Shown here: in pieces, positions 38,701 through 39,645 of the stretch
Layout of the letters: every line of letters starts with the position of its first letter
Position numbering within the stretch: position 1 is the first letter of the stretch
From: Pseudomonadota bacterium
GTDB taxonomy: Bacteria; UBA10199; 2-02-FULL-44-16; JAAZCA01
Assembly: GCA_043822785.1 (NCBI GenBank)
Contig: JBDRBN010000073.1
Coordinates: forward strand, 1 to 39,645
DNA: 39,645 nucleotides
Direction: 5' to 3'
Position numbers and translations under genes: made by a program
Notes under the pieces: generated by a model
Seen by the model: the letters and a program-made list of their open reading frames with translations, nothing else
Told to the model about the DNA's origin: nothing
Database searches by the model: none

Positions 38701-39457
38701 CAGATACGACAGCCCCGCATATCATACTGCAGAAGAGATGGAAGGAGGTCAGTACGCCAACCTCTGCACAAAAATAGATCAGCCTCAGACGCTTTATGAT
38801 ATCGACACCGGCAGGTACAGCGTAGATGGCCATATGACGTTTGAAGAGATAGGGCTTAGGTTTTTTGGGCCGACTTATTTTCATAATCCAGGCGGCCCTT
38901 TGGGACCAAAGCCGCCCATGGATACGGTGTTTCACATGGCATTCACCACAGGCGCGCTCAAGCCCCAGGAAAAAGAAACAGATCTTAACGTGCTGCCGGA
39001 TACCTCTATCGATATTGCAGCAGGCGAGTACAAGATAAACCTAAACGATACATCAGCAGCATCACCTGCGATCTGCGAAAGAAGCACGCAAAACAAGATT
39101 ATAAACGGCAAGACATACAGCAGCTGGCGATTTCTTGAAGGGCTTTTGTTCAAAGACGCCGAAGGCGAGATACCTGCTGGATGTCCTGAAGAGGATAACG
39201 AGTTCACAGGCGGCACAGCATATCTAAGGGGCAGGCCAGTCGATCCTGCCACCGGCATATTCACAGTGGTGGCAGGTGCTAGGTTTGGATCATCTGACGA
39301 TCTGAGCTTTGCGTTCAAGGATGTGATGATGTTCATCGTTATGAATGGTTGGCTGTGCGACCCAACAGGCAGCGAAGAAAACTTTGAAGGAAGCCGCTGC
39401 TTTGACGTGTTGTTCAATGACAGGGATGCTCCGTCACAGAAGTCGTTAACTGAGTAG
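35723..39457 (+). CDS. Large lipoprotein with ASH/choice-of-anchor-D-like Ig domains
   Basis: Lipobox VTA-C; VKNIGT..LSI...LDVTFKPT, IRNMGVTDLQITSVTL, LRITSISISG; ATG at 35723 has gagga RBS. Confidence 0.8.
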   Translation: MIRALFISLAIIMMSLVTACAGEDYTPVYFPPDGGAADQPSPGASAGTRQCTLSFTSQLCVQIKGDNIEVGTNTDDELCAEVPAFPIHISGATVTLNGSEFPDIEVEGHGLPAPITINGRGDGDGSNNVGQGTIDSSGNITIEGFSFFIVALGIVGEVPGLTLTTGTTEELDHLSAISGSPPDASGAMTLVTATTLGHIIEAADEYLLGASLTATFRGQITPALTQCGGDGDRTIEVKKVVISSDGQQTESALPENMVMEISTGTFIAETSLDIGPRYEASAKFRVKNIGTKSQTLSIPPRKGPFYLSSVTTPLTSTLSPQQSFILDVTFKPTQADTTFGKAIENISIGPDQFQLTAIALNKSADGSVNIVDENGDIIAPEVDDVEIGDASVQANAERKFFLCKEIMCNEIKSYTSCGECADPATMPCELLTVSTKGRPLVEIDDQCNLVDPDAAPTYTIDLKGSTDITLSAHKQVLAIRNMGVTDLQITSVTLEEVEGSKSTGQFSLPEEAIFVAESIDQVAEELSKALSGKDAKGVSLPVTLPPYQPGFQETTAFIVITYAPDDLLGTDGGQAGVGSKVTDKAVLTIATDEGDITTEITGTTTISEAPALELYFKTSTGTKHVEDNMSFPFQGITAQTVDLAVPMFLRVADTASSTLRITSISISGEDDKNFLWLDTKEEIESVNPPSGKGLRCSIPIVDESTGDLIDESFDLNPVSIGSGLDMAPGAYSTSTMPLFGCVDFHRDETSELAKRLFKAKLEVEALELDAKGLPAQNPDGSPKKTSLSANLLASIDPIAGTFVLRVTQTTAVILNPQFPGLSGITSKKDLAQSLESGEANAADLQVFTGALILDPFDEMTIKSADGLNTLSTPNDGITGVFRTVDTHPVSTAYDEEGLFDYANLIHDGSRGIGQKGVYEDYPNVPEDMRANGWRIYTSTLSYPGPMAPQEKMPHNPSDCVVINPCDTEELKLFTEAGVGSGKGACAFFYASGGRYDSPAYHTAEEMEGGQYANLCTKIDQPQTLYDIDTGRYSVDGHMTFEEIGLRFFGPTYFHNPGGPLGPKPPMDTVFHMAFTTGALKPQEKETDLNVLPDTSIDIAAGEYKINLNDTSAASPAICERSTQNKIINGKTYSSWRFLEGLLFKDAEGEIPAGCPEEDNEFTGGTAYLRGRPVDPATGIFTVVAGARFGSSDDLSFAFKDVMMFIVMNGWLCDPTGSEENFEGSRCFDVLFNDRDAPSQKSLTE

Positions 39458-39550
39458 CCCCTCCTTTGTAAGGAGGGGCTGGGGAGGTAGATCCAGATCT
39501 ACCCCCCTCTAACTCCCCCTTACAAGAGACTGTGTCGCAATAGGGGAGGG
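39458..39550. repeat. CCCCTCCTT..AAGGAGGGG palindromic intergenic repeat (may act as terminator)
   Basis: cccctcctt-tgt-aaggagggg; ggtagatc-ca-gatctacc; ctccccctta...taggggag. Confidence 0.8.
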
Positions 39551-39645
39551 TGACTTGATATAAACGTTCTTTGACAAAAAAATATGAGAATTTTGTTACA
39601 TAATACTACCGGCCAAATATTCGGGTGATGTCAGTCCATATTCTC

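Overview
Bacterial chromosomal window. Its gene content (sigma54 activators, large Cys-containing lipoproteins) suggests a delta-proteobacterial or Myxococcota-like organism; this is inference only. Left part (~0.9-13.8 kb) is accessory. It starts with a 2-kb cassette (lipoprotein plus REP-associated HUH tyrosine transposase) bracketed by a 47-bp duplicated gene 3' end. The transposase has 22-bp inverted ends and a sigma54-type -24/-12 promoter. A minus-strand defence cluster follows (type III res, Schlafen/AlbA-ATPase-HTH, type III mod, RloC-like zinc-hook ABC ATPase, DUF2130), closed by a ~200-bp nested palindrome. Middle part is housekeeping: deoC-punA-hemC-like, an FHA protein, polA and folC. 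The HemC homologue lacks its cofactor-anchoring Cys, and PolA has substituted proofreading carboxylates. Next is a signalling operon: one PAS kinase, three tandem sigma54 activators, and a STAS/RsbW/GAF-PP2C partner-switch module. Right part holds three large secreted/lipoprotein genes. Intergenic DNA is dense in short palindromic repeats and 7-mer/9-mer tandem arrays, and one repeat sits in frame inside mod. No rRNA, tRNA or CRISPR array was seen.
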